Counted from the first letter of the stretch, positions 8,592 through 18,886 are shown. The stretch is DNA of 64,000 bases from Eubacteriales bacterium (GCA_045541555.1 JAZQJH010000010.1:9346-73345); one strand, 5' to 3'. A program made the numbers and translations. The notes: generated by a model not told the origin, from the letters alone.

Positions 8592-9184
8592 ATTTGCAAT
8601 TGGTTCAGCTGCGCATCTCGGCGGTGCGTCCCAATCAGTTTCAAAACGGTCTGCCGGAGGTGCTTTTCTGCGGCCGTTCAAACGTGGGTAAAAGCTCGAT
8701 GATCAACTGCCTTTTAGGCAGAAGGTCTATGGCGCGTACCTCGGAAAAACCGGGGAAGACCGCGACTATTAACTATTATGAGATTGATAGAAAACTCTTT
8801 TTAGTGGATCTGCCCGGCTACGGCTATGCCCGGGTCTCCCAGGCAGAGAAGGATAAGTGGGCGCGCTTTATGCAGGCTTATTTCAACTATGAGAGCGATA
8901 AAAAACTGGCGATCTCCCTGGTGGATCTGCGCCATGAGCCGACGGCGACGGATATGGAAATGGCTGCCTATCTGGAAGAGGTCGGGATCCCTTATTGGAT
9001 CGTGGCGACCAAGGCGGATAAGCTTTCCAAGACGGCGGTGGCGGAGCATTTGAAAGCGCTCCAGGAAACCTACCGGGAGTATCATCCCGAGAAAATTTTG
9101 GCGTTTTCCTCCAAGACCAAGCTGGGGCGCGAGGAACTGGTTGCCCAATTGACGGAGATTGCCGAAGGAGTAGACGGTGAATAA
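8582..9184 (+). CDS. engB: Ribosome-biogenesis GTPase YsxC/EngB
   Basis: G1 motif GRSNVGKSS and DLPGYGY. The lon-ysxC adjacency matches Bacillus. Confidence 0.9.
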   Translation: MGLNLQLVQLRISAVRPNQFQNGLPEVLFCGRSNVGKSSMINCLLGRRSMARTSEKPGKTATINYYEIDRKLFLVDLPGYGYARVSQAEKDKWARFMQAYFNYESDKKLAISLVDLRHEPTATDMEMAAYLEEVGIPYWIVATKADKLSKTAVAEHLKALQETYREYHPEKILAFSSKTKLGREELVAQLTEIAEGVDGE

Positions 9185-9845
9185 TATTGTTCAAAATCTG
9201 ATGCCGCAGCTGATGAGCCTGCTTTATCTCGTCCCGGCGGTAGCTATCTCGCTGACGGTGCATGAGTACTGCCACGCCCGGATGGCGACGAGATTGGGAG
9301 ATCCCACGCCCCGTCAGGACGGTCGGCTATCCCTCAATCCCTTTCATCATATCGACCTTTTGGGCTTTGTGGTGATGCTGCTGGTGCATTTCGGCTGGGC
9401 GAAGCCGGTGCGGGTCAACCCGATGTATTTTGAAAATCCGCGGAAGGGCATGATGCTGACCGCCATTGCGGGCCCTATTTCCAATCTGATCTTATCGGTC
9501 GTATCGTCCTTGCTGTATTTTTTTAGCAGTATCTTTGGCTTGCCAAGCTTTCTGACCTTATTCTTTTTCTATATGACCCTTTTGAATATCGGTCTTGCGA
9601 TCTTCAATCTGATCCCGGTTCATCCCTTGGATGGTTCCCGGGTCGTCAGTTATTTCGCTCCCGGTTTTGCCTCTTTTATGGCGCGCAACGGCCAGACGGT
9701 GCAGTTGATCTTTATTGCACTTTTGATCCTGCCGCGGTATATCGGCATTCCGGATATTCTGGGTACGGTCATTGGGACGGTGCAAAGCGTATCGGTCAGT
9801 CTGATGATGCGGCTTTGGTCGTTGGTCTTTTGGTTTTTAGTATAA
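9177..9845 (+). CDS. Site-2 protease family (M50) zinc metalloprotease
   Basis: HExxH motif in a TM helix (VHEYCHA) and a polytopic membrane protein. The start (GTG at 9177 or a downstream ATG) is uncertain. Confidence 0.8.
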   Translation: MNNIVQNLMPQLMSLLYLVPAVAISLTVHEYCHARMATRLGDPTPRQDGRLSLNPFHHIDLLGFVVMLLVHFGWAKPVRVNPMYFENPRKGMMLTAIAGPISNLILSVVSSLLYFFSSIFGLPSFLTLFFFYMTLLNIGLAIFNLIPVHPLDGSRVVSYFAPGFASFMARNGQTVQLIFIALLILPRYIGIPDILGTVIGTVQSVSVSLMMRLWSLVFWFLV

Positions 9846-9868
9846 TTTCTTTCAAAATAGGTGGGTAA

Positions 9869-10582
9869 ATGGAACAACTGAAGTTTTCTCTGGAGGTCTT
9901 TGATGGTCCTCTGGAGCTGCTGCTGCATCTGATCTCCAAAAATAAGGTGTCGATCTACGATATTCCTATTTCGCTGATCCTGGAGCAGTATATGGAATAT
10001 ATCGAAGACCTCAAGAAGATGGATCTTGAGGTCTCCAGCGCGTTTATTGAGATGGCGGCGCAGCTGATGCTCATTAAATCCCGGATGCTCCTGCCTAAGG
10101 CGGAAGCAGACGAGGAAGATCCCCGCATGAGCCTGGCAGAAGCCCTGGCGGAATATAAGCGTTATAAGGCGGTGATCGGCTCCTTTCGTAAGAATCGGGA
10201 GGAGGCCGGCATTACCTACGTGCGCCGTACGGAACAGTTGGAGTTCGATAAAAAGCATAAGCTTTCTTATGAAACCGGCGTTCTGACGGAGGCGTATCGC
10301 AACGTTCTTCGTCGGAGCGATCGCGCCTTGCCGCCGCCCTTGAAGAGCTTTGCCGGGATCGTAGGTCATCCGGTGGCCAGTGTACCGGCGCGGATCGTCG
10401 GCGTTCTTCGTACCTTGAAGCGGCAGATCACCTGTAGCTTTCGCAGTCTTTTTAAGAGCGCCCGGACCCGCTCGGAGATCGTCGCCACCTTTTTGGCGGT
10501 GCTGGAGCTTTCCAAATCCAAGCACGTGGAGATGGAAACCCGGAGCGACGACCTTTATCTGACTTTTAAGAAAAAGAAATAG
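9869..10582 (+). CDS. scpA: Segregation and condensation protein A
   Basis: The N-terminus FDGPLELLLHLISKNKVSIYDIPIS is typical of ScpA, and scpB follows. Confidence 0.92.
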   Translation: MEQLKFSLEVFDGPLELLLHLISKNKVSIYDIPISLILEQYMEYIEDLKKMDLEVSSAFIEMAAQLMLIKSRMLLPKAEADEEDPRMSLAEALAEYKRYKAVIGSFRKNREEAGITYVRRTEQLEFDKKHKLSYETGVLTEAYRNVLRRSDRALPPPLKSFAGIVGHPVASVPARIVGVLRTLKRQITCSFRSLFKSARTRSEIVATFLAVLELSKSKHVEMETRSDDLYLTFKKKK

Positions 10583-10591
10583 GAGAGTAAT

Positions 10592-11209
10592 ATGGAACTG
10601 AACTATATGAGCGGCGCGGTGGAGTCCATCCTCTTTGCCAGCGGCGAACCCATCGAAAAGAAAAAGTTGGCGGAAGTGCTGGAGATCGAGGTGGAGCGCC
10701 TGGAGATGATCGTGGACGAACTGCGTGAAAACTACCGTGCAGACAATCGGGGCTTTGATATTCTCACCCTGGATAATACTTATCAAATGTGCTCTTCGCG
10801 TTATTACGGAGAAATTACGAAAAAGGCGTTGGATCATCGGAGAAATACGCCCCTTTCCAATGCGGCTTTGGAGATCCTTTCCATTGTGGCATATAACCAG
10901 CCGGTCACGAAGGCTTACGTGGAGCAGATTCGCGGCGTGGACTGCTTCTACGGCATCAATGCGCTGGTGGAAAAAGGCTTGATCGAGGAAAAAGGTCGAT
11001 TGGACGCTCCCGGCAGACCTTGGCTCTACGGGACAACGGCAGATTTCCTCCGTTGCTTTGGCTTGCAGTCCCTGGATCAACTGCCGGAGCTGCCGCGGCT
11101 GGAGCTGCCCGGCGATGAGGTGGAGGGTCAGCAGACCTTCGACGACGTCCTTCAGGCGGAGCAACCGGTAGAAACGGAAAATAATGTTGATTTAACGACC
11201 ATTTCGTGA
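10592..11209 (+). CDS. scpB: Segregation and condensation protein B
   Basis: AVESILFASGEPI, and the winged-helix repeat ALEILSIVAYNQPVTKAYVEQIRGV. Confidence 0.92.
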   Translation: MELNYMSGAVESILFASGEPIEKKKLAEVLEIEVERLEMIVDELRENYRADNRGFDILTLDNTYQMCSSRYYGEITKKALDHRRNTPLSNAALEILSIVAYNQPVTKAYVEQIRGVDCFYGINALVEKGLIEEKGRLDAPGRPWLYGTTADFLRCFGLQSLDQLPELPRLELPGDEVEGQQTFDDVLQAEQPVETENNVDLTTIS

Positions 11210-11247
11210 TATACTAAATTTATCATATTCCAAAGGAGCATAAAGCC

Positions 11248-11622
11248 ATGGAAAATAAAGCCCAATCTGTATTAAACGGCGCGTTGGAGGGGATTCGTAA
11301 GCTGGTGGACGTGGATACCGTCATCGGTGATGCGATCAAAGTCAACGACGATATTACTTTGATCCCGATCTCTAAGGTAACCTGCGGCTTTGCCGGCGGC
11401 GGAAGCGGTTTCGGCGGCAATCCCCAGAACGAGCATTTCGGCGGCGGTGCCGGCGGATGCGTCAAGGTGACCCCCGTCTGCTTTTTGGTCGTTCGGGGCG
11501 AGAATATCCGAATGCTCCCGGTGGCGGAGAGCAGTACCGGTGTGGATAAGCTGGTGGATCTGGTGCCCGACGTGGTGGATAAATTGACCGCCCTTGTCCG
11601 CGAAAAGAAAGAAGAAGTATAA
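11248..11622 (+). CDS. ytfJ: Sporulation protein YtfJ (GerW family)
   Basis: 124 aa with the core VIGDAIKVNDDITLIPISKVTCGFAGGGSGFGG. Confidence 0.85.
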   Translation: MENKAQSVLNGALEGIRKLVDVDTVIGDAIKVNDDITLIPISKVTCGFAGGGSGFGGNPQNEHFGGGAGGCVKVTPVCFLVVRGENIRMLPVAESSTGVDKLVDLVPDVVDKLTALVREKKEEV

Positions 11623-11629
11623 TTCGGCA

Positions 11630-11663
11630 TCACCTGCCCATATAATGGGGCAGGTGATTTTTT
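11630..11663 (+). terminator. Intrinsic terminator after ytfJ
   Basis: Stem tcacctgccc / gggcaggtga (10 bp), an 8-nt loop and a T6 tract that abuts the next ATG. Confidence 0.75.
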
Positions 11664-12764
11664 ATGCGTAAGTATCTGTCATTTTTTATAATCCTTGTCC
11701 TTTTGCTTTCGATGCCTTTTTCCTCTTCGGCTGCTGGCGGTGCTTTTTTGGTGATGGACGGCGTGACCCGGACGGTACTGGAGCAGGAAAACGGCAATCA
11801 ACGTCTGCCGATGGCCAGCACCACCAAGGTGATGACCGCCCTTGTGACCCTGGAAACGGTGAAGCTTTCGGATAAGGTGAAGATCCCCGGGGAGGCCGCC
11901 GGCGTGGAGGGCTCCTCACTCTATATAAAAGCCGGGGAGATCTATACGGTGGAGGAACTCCTTTACGGACTGATGCTTCAATCTGCCAACGATTGTGCGG
12001 TGGCGCTGGCGTGGTATGCAGGCGGAGAAAGTACTGAGAAGTTCATTAAAAAAATGAATGAGAAGGCTGCCGCCTTAGGGCTAAAAAATACCCATTTTAT
12101 GAACCCCAACGGTTTATCTGCTGAGGGACATTATACCACCGCCAAGGAATTGGCGCTGATGATGGGGGCGGCAATGGAAAACGAAGTCTTTCGTAAGATT
12201 ACCGCAACCAAGCGTTATACCGTCAAGGAACAGACTATTGTGAATCATAATCGCCTTTTGAGCCTTTATCCCGATTGCATTGGCGGTAAGACCGGCTATA
12301 CCATGGATGCCGGACGCTGCCTGGTGACGATGGCGAAGCGTGAGGGTGCGCCATTGATCTGCGTCACCCTCGGTCGGCGGGACGATTGGAATATCCATGC
12401 AGATGCCTATGAGAAGTGGTTTGCAAAAATGGAACGGGTGACCATTTCGGAGAAGGGCGGCTTCTCCGTCTCCTTGCCGGTGGCAGGGGGCGGATCGGTT
12501 CGGGCGGTGAATACCGATGAAGTATCGGCGAACCTTTTTGAGTACGATGGAGCAATCGAAAAGCAGGTGCTTTCCGCTCCGTTTCTTTATGGAAATAAGG
12601 CGGTGGGGTCGGTGGTCGGTACGGTGGAATTTTGGTATCGGGAGACCAAAGTCGGAGAAAGTCCGTTGGTTTTAGAGGAAGCGATCCAACTGCCGGTAAA
12701 AAAAGAACTCTTTATCACCCGAATATTTCGATTTTTTCGCCGAATATTCTTGAAAAAAGAGTAA
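11664..12764 (+). CDS. Serine-type D-Ala-D-Ala carboxypeptidase (PBP5/DacB-DacF family)
   Basis: Signal peptide, the SxxK motif ASTTKVMTA, SAND (SxN) and GGKTG (KTG). Confidence 0.9.
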   Translation: MRKYLSFFIILVLLLSMPFSSSAAGGAFLVMDGVTRTVLEQENGNQRLPMASTTKVMTALVTLETVKLSDKVKIPGEAAGVEGSSLYIKAGEIYTVEELLYGLMLQSANDCAVALAWYAGGESTEKFIKKMNEKAAALGLKNTHFMNPNGLSAEGHYTTAKELALMMGAAMENEVFRKITATKRYTVKEQTIVNHNRLLSLYPDCIGGKTGYTMDAGRCLVTMAKREGAPLICVTLGRRDDWNIHADAYEKWFAKMERVTISEKGGFSVSLPVAGGGSVRAVNTDEVSANLFEYDGAIEKQVLSAPFLYGNKAVGSVVGTVEFWYRETKVGESPLVLEEAIQLPVKKELFITRIFRFFRRIFLKKE

Positions 12765-12817
12765 AAAGAAGGTACAATAAAATAATAAAATATGAATTAT
12801 TGTAAAAAGGGATTATT

Positions 12818-13546
12818 ATGCAGGAAAAATTGATCAGAATTCAAAAGTATATTGCCGATTGCGGCGTCTGCTCCCGTCGGGCGGCGGAGGCCATGATCGA
12901 GCAGGGAAGAGTGACCCTCAACGGTCGTCCGGTTCACCTTGGTGATAAAACCGATGGTGCTAAGGATCTGGTTCGTATCGACGGCAAGGTGATCAAGCCC
13001 ATTACCCGGGATAAGATCACCCTGATGCTCTATAAGCCCCGCGGATACGTTACCACCATGAGTGACGAGCAGGGCAGAAAGTGCGTGGCGGATCTCATCG
13101 CCAAGGAACGGGTACGGCTTTATCCCGTTGGCCGGTTGGATAAGGATAGCGAGGGTCTTTTGCTCTTGACCAACGATGGCAATCTGGCGAATAAGCTGAC
13201 CCATCCTAAGAATAATATTCCCAAGACCTACCGCGTCATCGTCAAGGGTGCCATCAATCGGGAGCACATCAAAGCCTTTGAGCGTGGCATCTATATTGCA
13301 GAGGATGATTATACCACCCGCTCTGCGGAGATTGAAATTCTGGAGAGCAAAGAAGACCGCACCGTCTTTTATCTCACCATCTATGAGGGCAAGAACCGAG
13401 AGATCCGTAAGATGTGTGAGGCGTTGGGGTTGGAAGTTCTTCGCCTGAAGCGGGACAAGCTGGCGGCTCTTTCTATCGGTACGCTTCGCGCCGGTCAGTA
13501 TCGTACGTTGACCCAAAAAGAAATCGAGTATTTATATAGCTTATAA
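12818..13546 (+). CDS. rluB: rRNA pseudouridine synthase, RluB/RsuA family
   Basis: An S4 domain (RIQKYIADCGVCSRRAAEAMIEQGRVTLNG) and the catalytic motif GRLDKDSEGLLLLTNDG. Confidence 0.9.
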   Translation: MQEKLIRIQKYIADCGVCSRRAAEAMIEQGRVTLNGRPVHLGDKTDGAKDLVRIDGKVIKPITRDKITLMLYKPRGYVTTMSDEQGRKCVADLIAKERVRLYPVGRLDKDSEGLLLLTNDGNLANKLTHPKNNIPKTYRVIVKGAINREHIKAFERGIYIAEDDYTTRSAEIEILESKEDRTVFYLTIYEGKNREIRKMCEALGLEVLRLKRDKLAALSIGTLRAGQYRTLTQKEIEYLYSL

Positions 13547-13555
13547 GGAGCAACT

Positions 13556-14197
13556 ATGAAAAAGAGAGTTGTTGCAAGTTTAATTATACTGCTGATGATG
13601 CTTTCACTATCCTCCTGCACCATTCCCATAATTGGTGATTTTATTGAGAGCGAGGAGAGTCTGGGAAAGACCAATAATACAGCGGTCGCCATTGCCGATG
13701 CCATGAAGGACTATCTGAAGAATAAGAAGAAGGACGATGCCGCCCTTTATGGCGTAGAGCTGATCCTGAATAGTGATGGCAACGGAACGGTTCGGCTCTA
13801 CTATTCTGAAAAAGCACCGAAGGATGCCGCTTATTCGGACGTATTGGTGGCAGAGGTGGATTCCAAGACCGGGCACGTGTCGCGCTTTTCTGCGGCAAAC
13901 TATGCGAAGGATGGTCTTGCTCCGTATCAATTAGTAAAAGAGTGCGATGCCTTTGATGCCGGTACTCTGCCGATTGATAGTGAAAAAGCGATCTCCTTGG
14001 GTGTTCGCTCCTTTAGTAATGACCTGGAATTTCACTATGATTACGTCCAGATCCTTTTGAGTGCCCCTTACGGCATGGAGCAATATGAAGTGGATTTTAT
14101 CTCCATGCTCAACGATAAGGTTTATCGTTGTACGGTGGATGCGGTGAGCGGGAATGTCTTGGCGGTATCTTCCGGCGAGCTGGTCAAGGAGGGATGA
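13556..14197 (+). CDS. Lipoprotein with PepSY-like repeats (hypothetical)
   Basis: Lipobox LSLSSC. Two ...D..tG.v... segments (AEVDSKTGHVSRF and CTVDAVSGNVLAV). Confidence 0.55.
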   Translation: MKKRVVASLIILLMMLSLSSCTIPIIGDFIESEESLGKTNNTAVAIADAMKDYLKNKKKDDAALYGVELILNSDGNGTVRLYYSEKAPKDAAYSDVLVAEVDSKTGHVSRFSAANYAKDGLAPYQLVKECDAFDAGTLPIDSEKAISLGVRSFSNDLEFHYDYVQILLSAPYGMEQYEVDFISMLNDKVYRCTVDAVSGNVLAVSSGELVKEG

Positions 14198-14649
14198 TCA
14201 TGAAAAGATTATTCTTATTGATCGTGGCAGCGGTGCTGGTGCTGACCTCCGGCTGCAGCTTTAAAGTGGATCGGGATACCTTTTATCTGCCTCAGGATGA
14301 GGTGGAAAGCGTGGAAATTCAGCGCGAATATCAAAAGGAAGATCAGAGTGGTACTTATTTTGTCCATAAAGTCGTGACGGAGAAGGCGGATATGGAGCGG
14401 ATCTGCAGCATGATCCGGGAACTTCCGGTGCGCCGTATTTCGACCATGACGCCGCAACCCATTACGGAGTTTTCCATGATCATCATCATCGGCGGGAAAA
14501 GAGAGCACCATTTGATCCTGAATAAAGAGATCGCCTTTTACGATCAGGTGCCGTATGAATATGAGAAAAAAGGAACCTATCAGAAATTTGCGGATCTCTA
14601 TGATGCGTTGGGCTATCAGGAGGAAGAGACCGAACCCAATCGTTTTTAA
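14194..14649 (+). CDS. Hypothetical lipoprotein
   Basis: The track ORF 14128.. was trimmed to the ATG at 14194, which overlaps the upstream stop (ATGA). Lipobox LTSGC. Confidence 0.55.
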   Translation: MIMKRLFLLIVAAVLVLTSGCSFKVDRDTFYLPQDEVESVEIQREYQKEDQSGTYFVHKVVTEKADMERICSMIRELPVRRISTMTPQPITEFSMIIIIGGKREHHLILNKEIAFYDQVPYEYEKKGTYQKFADLYDALGYQEEETEPNRF

Positions 14650-14656
14650 TCGATCA

Positions 14657-14693
14657 AAAAGTCTTATGCTTATTCATGGGTATAAGACTTTTT
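14657..14693 (+). terminator. Intrinsic terminator
   Basis: An 11-bp stem aaaagtcttat / ataagactttt runs into a T tract. Confidence 0.65.
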
Positions 14694-14723
14694 GCATAGA
14701 ATTTGATGAAAGGAGATGGCGTG

Positions 14724-17543
14724 ATGAAAAAGTTTTTAAGCATGATATTGATCGCGGTATTCTCCTTTGTGAATACCTTTGCCTTCGTGGGATGCCGTAA
14801 AACCGAAGCGGCGGCAGGGGAGGTGCGCGCTTGCTGGGTGGCCAGCATCGGTAATATCGACTTCCCCTCCCGCATGGGGCTTTCTGTTTCCGCTCTTAAA
14901 GCGGAAATTGATGCAATTATCGATAATTGCAAGCGGTACGAGCTTAATACCATCTTTTTTCAGGTGCGCCCTAATGGGGATGCCCTTTATCGCTCGGAAG
15001 TCTTTCCGTGGAGCGTCTATCTGACCGGCACTCAGGGAAAAGCACCGGCAGACGGATTTGATCCGCTGGTTTATTTTGTGAAAAAAGCCCATCGGGCAAA
15101 GATCCAACTGCACGCCTGGATCAATCCTTACCGAATCGGCTCCGGCAAAGCGGTTTGGGAAAACCTTTCTGCGGATAACCCTGCCAAGCTTCATCCGGAA
15201 TATACCATCACTTCCGAAACGGGGGTCTATTATGATCCCGGTGTGCCCGAGGCGCGTGCCCTGATCCTTGATGGCATTACGGAACTGGTTCAAAATTACG
15301 AGATCGACGGCATTCATTTTGACGATTATTTTTATCCTTATGATCTTACCGGCTTTGACGACAGCAAAACCTACGCCACCTATGGAAAAGGTCTATCTTT
15401 GGAGGATTTTCGCCGTAAATCGGTGGATCTTCTGGTGGAGTCGGCTTATAAAAAGATCAAGTCCTTGAAGAAGGACGTGCAATTCGGGATCAGTCCCTTT
15501 GGGATCTGGGCAAATAAATGGGTGGATCCTGCCGGAAGTGATACGCGGGGAATGAGCTCCTATGCGGCCATTTTCTCCGATAGTAAAAAATGGGTGGAAG
15601 AAGGATGGCTGGATTACGTCTGCCCCCAGCTTTATTGGACGGATGAGCATCCGGCGGCACCCTATGACGTCCTGGTGGATTGGTGGGACGATCTTTGCGT
15701 ACGTAATAAAATGCCGCTCTATATCGGGCTTGCTTTCCATTACGTCGGCACCGAGGAGCCGGGCTTTGAGGACGGCGTTGTAATGGGAGAGCAGCTGCGG
15801 TATGCCTCTGCCAAGCGTAGCTATGCCGGTCATTGCTTTTTTCACTACGGAATATTGAGCCAAAATCCGAAAGGAGCGTTGGATTCCATCTTGGCCTATT
15901 ACGATAATGCAGGTACAGAGAGCGAGCAGGCGGCTCCCGCCTACCCGAAGCTCTCTATCGCTGATGAATTGAAGATCACCAGCCCTCAGAACGGCGATAC
16001 TTTTGAAAAAGGGAAGGTCTCTGTCTGCGGTACGGCGCCGATCAATGGTCAAGTTTCGGTCAATGGTGTGCAAGCCGTTGTCAGCAGTAAGGGTTTCTTT
16101 TCCGCGCACGTTCCGCTGAAGCAGGGGATGAATACCATCACCGCCCAAAGCGGAGAAGAGCGACGCACCATTCGGGTGACCTATGCCCCCAAAAAGGCGG
16201 TGACTGAGCTGAAAGATCCCTATCCGACTGGTGCGGTGCATCGTAATGCAGGGGATCTGATGACCTTTACTACGTCTGTACCTGCCGGTTCTTCGGTTGT
16301 GCTGACCAACGGAGAGATCTCTATTCCGCTTCATGCAGTGAAGGAGGGCTCCTCCTCTTATCAAGGGCAATGGATGGTGCCGTCTTTTCCTGCGGCGGAC
16401 AAGTTGATCTTGGAGAATTTTCGGTATGAAGTGACGCTGAACGGAACAGTCAAAGCCATCCCGACAGATCTAAAACTGCATCTCTATGCCGGCGGTTATC
16501 GGGAAGCAAAGATCCTAAAGGATGATGCTTATATTTTTGATGAAAGCGCCGGCGGATCCCAGATGGATCACGATCCCTTAAGACGGGGGACCCGTGTGAC
16601 GGTGCTGGGGCGTGAGGGGAGCCGTGCGCTGCTTGAGAACGGCTACTGGATCGAGCAGGAGCTTTTAGGCGATGAAGCGGTCACGCCTTCTGAACCGTCT
16701 AATTATGACTATAAGGTTTTAAACATATCGTCGAAAGATCTCTTCGGTTATTCTTCATATTGTGACGGAGAATCTTTGAAAATTACCCTTTCTGCAGGTC
16801 GTACTGCGGAATTCGAATTGGATACCGATCAACCGGAGATCCAGACTGAATTTGAGCGGAAGGCGCAAACGAGTTTGCTGAAAATCTATTCCGGACAAGG
16901 CCGCAAGATCGCCGGCTATGAGATCATTCAGCATAAAAGCCGCATTACCGTCTATCTGCGTTTTTATAGCGGCGGTCTTGCCGGGAAAAGAATCGTTCTG
17001 GATGCCGGTCACGGCGGTCAGGATAGCGGTGCTTTGGGTCCCGGAGGAGTCGATTATCCGGCAGAGAGCGATCTGAATTTATTGTTGGCCTATACGTTAA
17101 AAAAAGAATTGGAACTGGCTGGGGCCGAGGTCATCATGATGCGCGCCAAGGATGAGACGGTCTCTCTTCAAAAACGGGCGGAAATGGCTTTGGAGAATAC
17201 GCCGGATCTCTTTGTCTCGCTCCACCATAATGCCACCAATCAAACCTTGGACTATACTGCGGCCACCGGCGGTCTGATGCTTTATTCTTCGCCGCTATCT
17301 CAAAACTTGGCGTCGGCTTTGGCGGAGAATTTATGGGACGGAGTGGGCGAGAAGGCGGCGCGGTGCAAGCGCCAGAGCCTTTACGTTTGCCGCGAGACCC
17401 GCTATCCGGCGGTTTTGGTAGAGGCCGGATATCTCTGTAATCCTTTAGAATATGAACTGCTTTGCCAAGCGGATATTGCAAAGAAAATTGCAAAGAATAT
17501 TCAAAAGGGTATTCGGCACTATTTCGTTACAGTTTGTTCATGA
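14724..17543 (+). CDS. Fusion protein: GHL10 (YngK/DUF187-like glycoside-hydrolase-like) domain + SH3b-like region + N-acetylmuramoyl-L-alanine amidase (Amidase_3)
   Basis: Trimmed to the ATG at 14724, which follows the RBS aaggag. Lipobox FVGC. The N-terminal half (RACWVASIGNIDFPS ... IDGIHFDDYFYP) is YngK-like. The C-terminus (VLDAGHGGQDSGA ... SLHHNA) is Amidase_3. Confidence 0.75.
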   Translation: MKKFLSMILIAVFSFVNTFAFVGCRKTEAAAGEVRACWVASIGNIDFPSRMGLSVSALKAEIDAIIDNCKRYELNTIFFQVRPNGDALYRSEVFPWSVYLTGTQGKAPADGFDPLVYFVKKAHRAKIQLHAWINPYRIGSGKAVWENLSADNPAKLHPEYTITSETGVYYDPGVPEARALILDGITELVQNYEIDGIHFDDYFYPYDLTGFDDSKTYATYGKGLSLEDFRRKSVDLLVESAYKKIKSLKKDVQFGISPFGIWANKWVDPAGSDTRGMSSYAAIFSDSKKWVEEGWLDYVCPQLYWTDEHPAAPYDVLVDWWDDLCVRNKMPLYIGLAFHYVGTEEPGFEDGVVMGEQLRYASAKRSYAGHCFFHYGILSQNPKGALDSILAYYDNAGTESEQAAPAYPKLSIADELKITSPQNGDTFEKGKVSVCGTAPINGQVSVNGVQAVVSSKGFFSAHVPLKQGMNTITAQSGEERRTIRVTYAPKKAVTELKDPYPTGAVHRNAGDLMTFTTSVPAGSSVVLTNGEISIPLHAVKEGSSSYQGQWMVPSFPAADKLILENFRYEVTLNGTVKAIPTDLKLHLYAGGYREAKILKDDAYIFDESAGGSQMDHDPLRRGTRVTVLGREGSRALLENGYWIEQELLGDEAVTPSEPSNYDYKVLNISSKDLFGYSSYCDGESLKITLSAGRTAEFELDTDQPEIQTEFERKAQTSLLKIYSGQGRKIAGYEIIQHKSRITVYLRFYSGGLAGKRIVLDAGHGGQDSGALGPGGVDYPAESDLNLLLAYTLKKELELAGAEVIMMRAKDETVSLQKRAEMALENTPDLFVSLHHNATNQTLDYTAATGGLMLYSSPLSQNLASALAENLWDGVGEKAARCKRQSLYVCRETRYPAVLVEAGYLCNPLEYELLCQADIAKKIAKNIQKGIRHYFVTVCS

Positions 17544-17623
17544 AAAACATCGCATAAATCCTTTTCATTTCGGGATTTTCGTGGTAAAATATTTATGATT
17601 GATTATGATTTAAGGAGCAAGGT

Positions 17624-18886
17624 ATGGAATTTATTCAGCAGTCCCCCAAAAATGGCGTACTCTGTAACTATGGGATGACGGAGCATTTCAAGACCGGTTA
17701 TCTGGCGGTGGATTTTGTCATGCCGCTGACGGTGGAAAACGCCAGCGCCATGTCTTTATTGGCAGGCGTGATCAGCAGAGGATGCGCAACTTATCCCGAA
17801 ATGGATCAGATCAGCCGTTTTCTGGCCGAGAATTACGGCGCATCCTTTACGATCCAGGCAAGTAAAGCCGGTGAGCTGGAGATCCTGACCTTCGCATCCA
17901 CCTTTTTGGATAATGAATATGCCATCGACGGTGAGGATATACGGGGCGCGATTATGGGCTTTTTTAAGGAGATGATCTTCCGCCCCCTGGTTCGGGACAA
18001 CGCTTTTCTGCCGGACTATCTGGTGCAGGAGCAAAATAACCTTGTCGATAAGATTACCGGACTTTTCAATGATAAGCGTCTTTATTCCTTGGAGCGTTGC
18101 AAATCCTTGATGTGTGCTGATGAGGCCTTTGGGATCAACGAAATGGGAACCAAAGAAGCGGTACAGGAATTGGACGCCAAATCGCTTTATCGGTTCTTCT
18201 GCCGTCTGATGGATGAGGCTACTGTTGTGATCACCTACGTGGGAAAAGATCACGGCTACTTCCTTGATACACTATCGGAGCAGTTTTCTGCACGAAAGGG
18301 TGCAATGCCCACCACCATTGTCTGCGATGGCAGAGCGGCGGCGCAGGAAATCGTCGATCCGATGGATCTGAATCAGAGTAAGCTGAACCTTGGTTTCCGC
18401 TTGGGTAAGACCGCATTGGAGGACGGAGCGGCTTGCCGTCTTTTTAACGTCCTTTACGGTGGAAGTGCCACCTCCAAGCTCTTTATGAACGTACGGGAGC
18501 GGCTTTCCCTTTGCTATTACTGCTCCTCCAGTATTGACCGCTTTAAGAACGTCATGTTCGTTTCCAGCGGTGTGGAGGCGGCCAAATACGAAGAGGCACG
18601 CCAAGAGATCGAAGCCCAGCTGGCGGCGATCGCTTCCGGTGATTTTACCGATGAGGAATTGGAAAATGCAAGGGTCTATCTCATCGACAGCATGCGCGGC
18701 TTTCTTGATAGCGAGGGTGCGCTGGCATCCTTGATGGTCTCCGGCACCTTACGCGGAGCAATGAAAACGCCGGAGCAGGAGATCGAAGAAATCTCCAAGG
18801 TGGATCGGGATACCATCATCACCATCGCCAAAGAGATCCGGCTGGATACGGTTTACTTTTTGAAGGGAGTTCATAACGAGGCATGA
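17624..18886 (+). CDS. M16 (pitrilysin) family protein, non-catalytic partner
   Basis: 420 aa with an M16-like fold signature but no HxxEH motif. It overlaps the next gene, which is a catalytic M16 member. Confidence 0.7.
   Translation: MEFIQQSPKNGVLCNYGMTEHFKTGYLAVDFVMPLTVENASAMSLLAGVISRGCATYPEMDQISRFLAENYGASFTIQASKAGELEILTFASTFLDNEYAIDGEDIRGAIMGFFKEMIFRPLVRDNAFLPDYLVQEQNNLVDKITGLFNDKRLYSLERCKSLMCADEAFGINEMGTKEAVQELDAKSLYRFFCRLMDEATVVITYVGKDHGYFLDTLSEQFSARKGAMPTTIVCDGRAAAQEIVDPMDLNQSKLNLGFRLGKTALEDGAACRLFNVLYGGSATSKLFMNVRERLSLCYYCSSSIDRFKNVMFVSSGVEAAKYEEARQEIEAQLAAIASGDFTDEELENARVYLIDSMRGFLDSEGALASLMVSGTLRGAMKTPEQEIEEISKVDRDTIITIAKEIRLDTVYFLKGVHNEA

Noticed and set aside
11203-11215. An isolated GTGATAT copy at the scpB stop region.
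   Set aside because: It is a single occurrence of a 7-mer inside or next to coding sequence with no accompanying hairpin pattern. This is consistent with chance.
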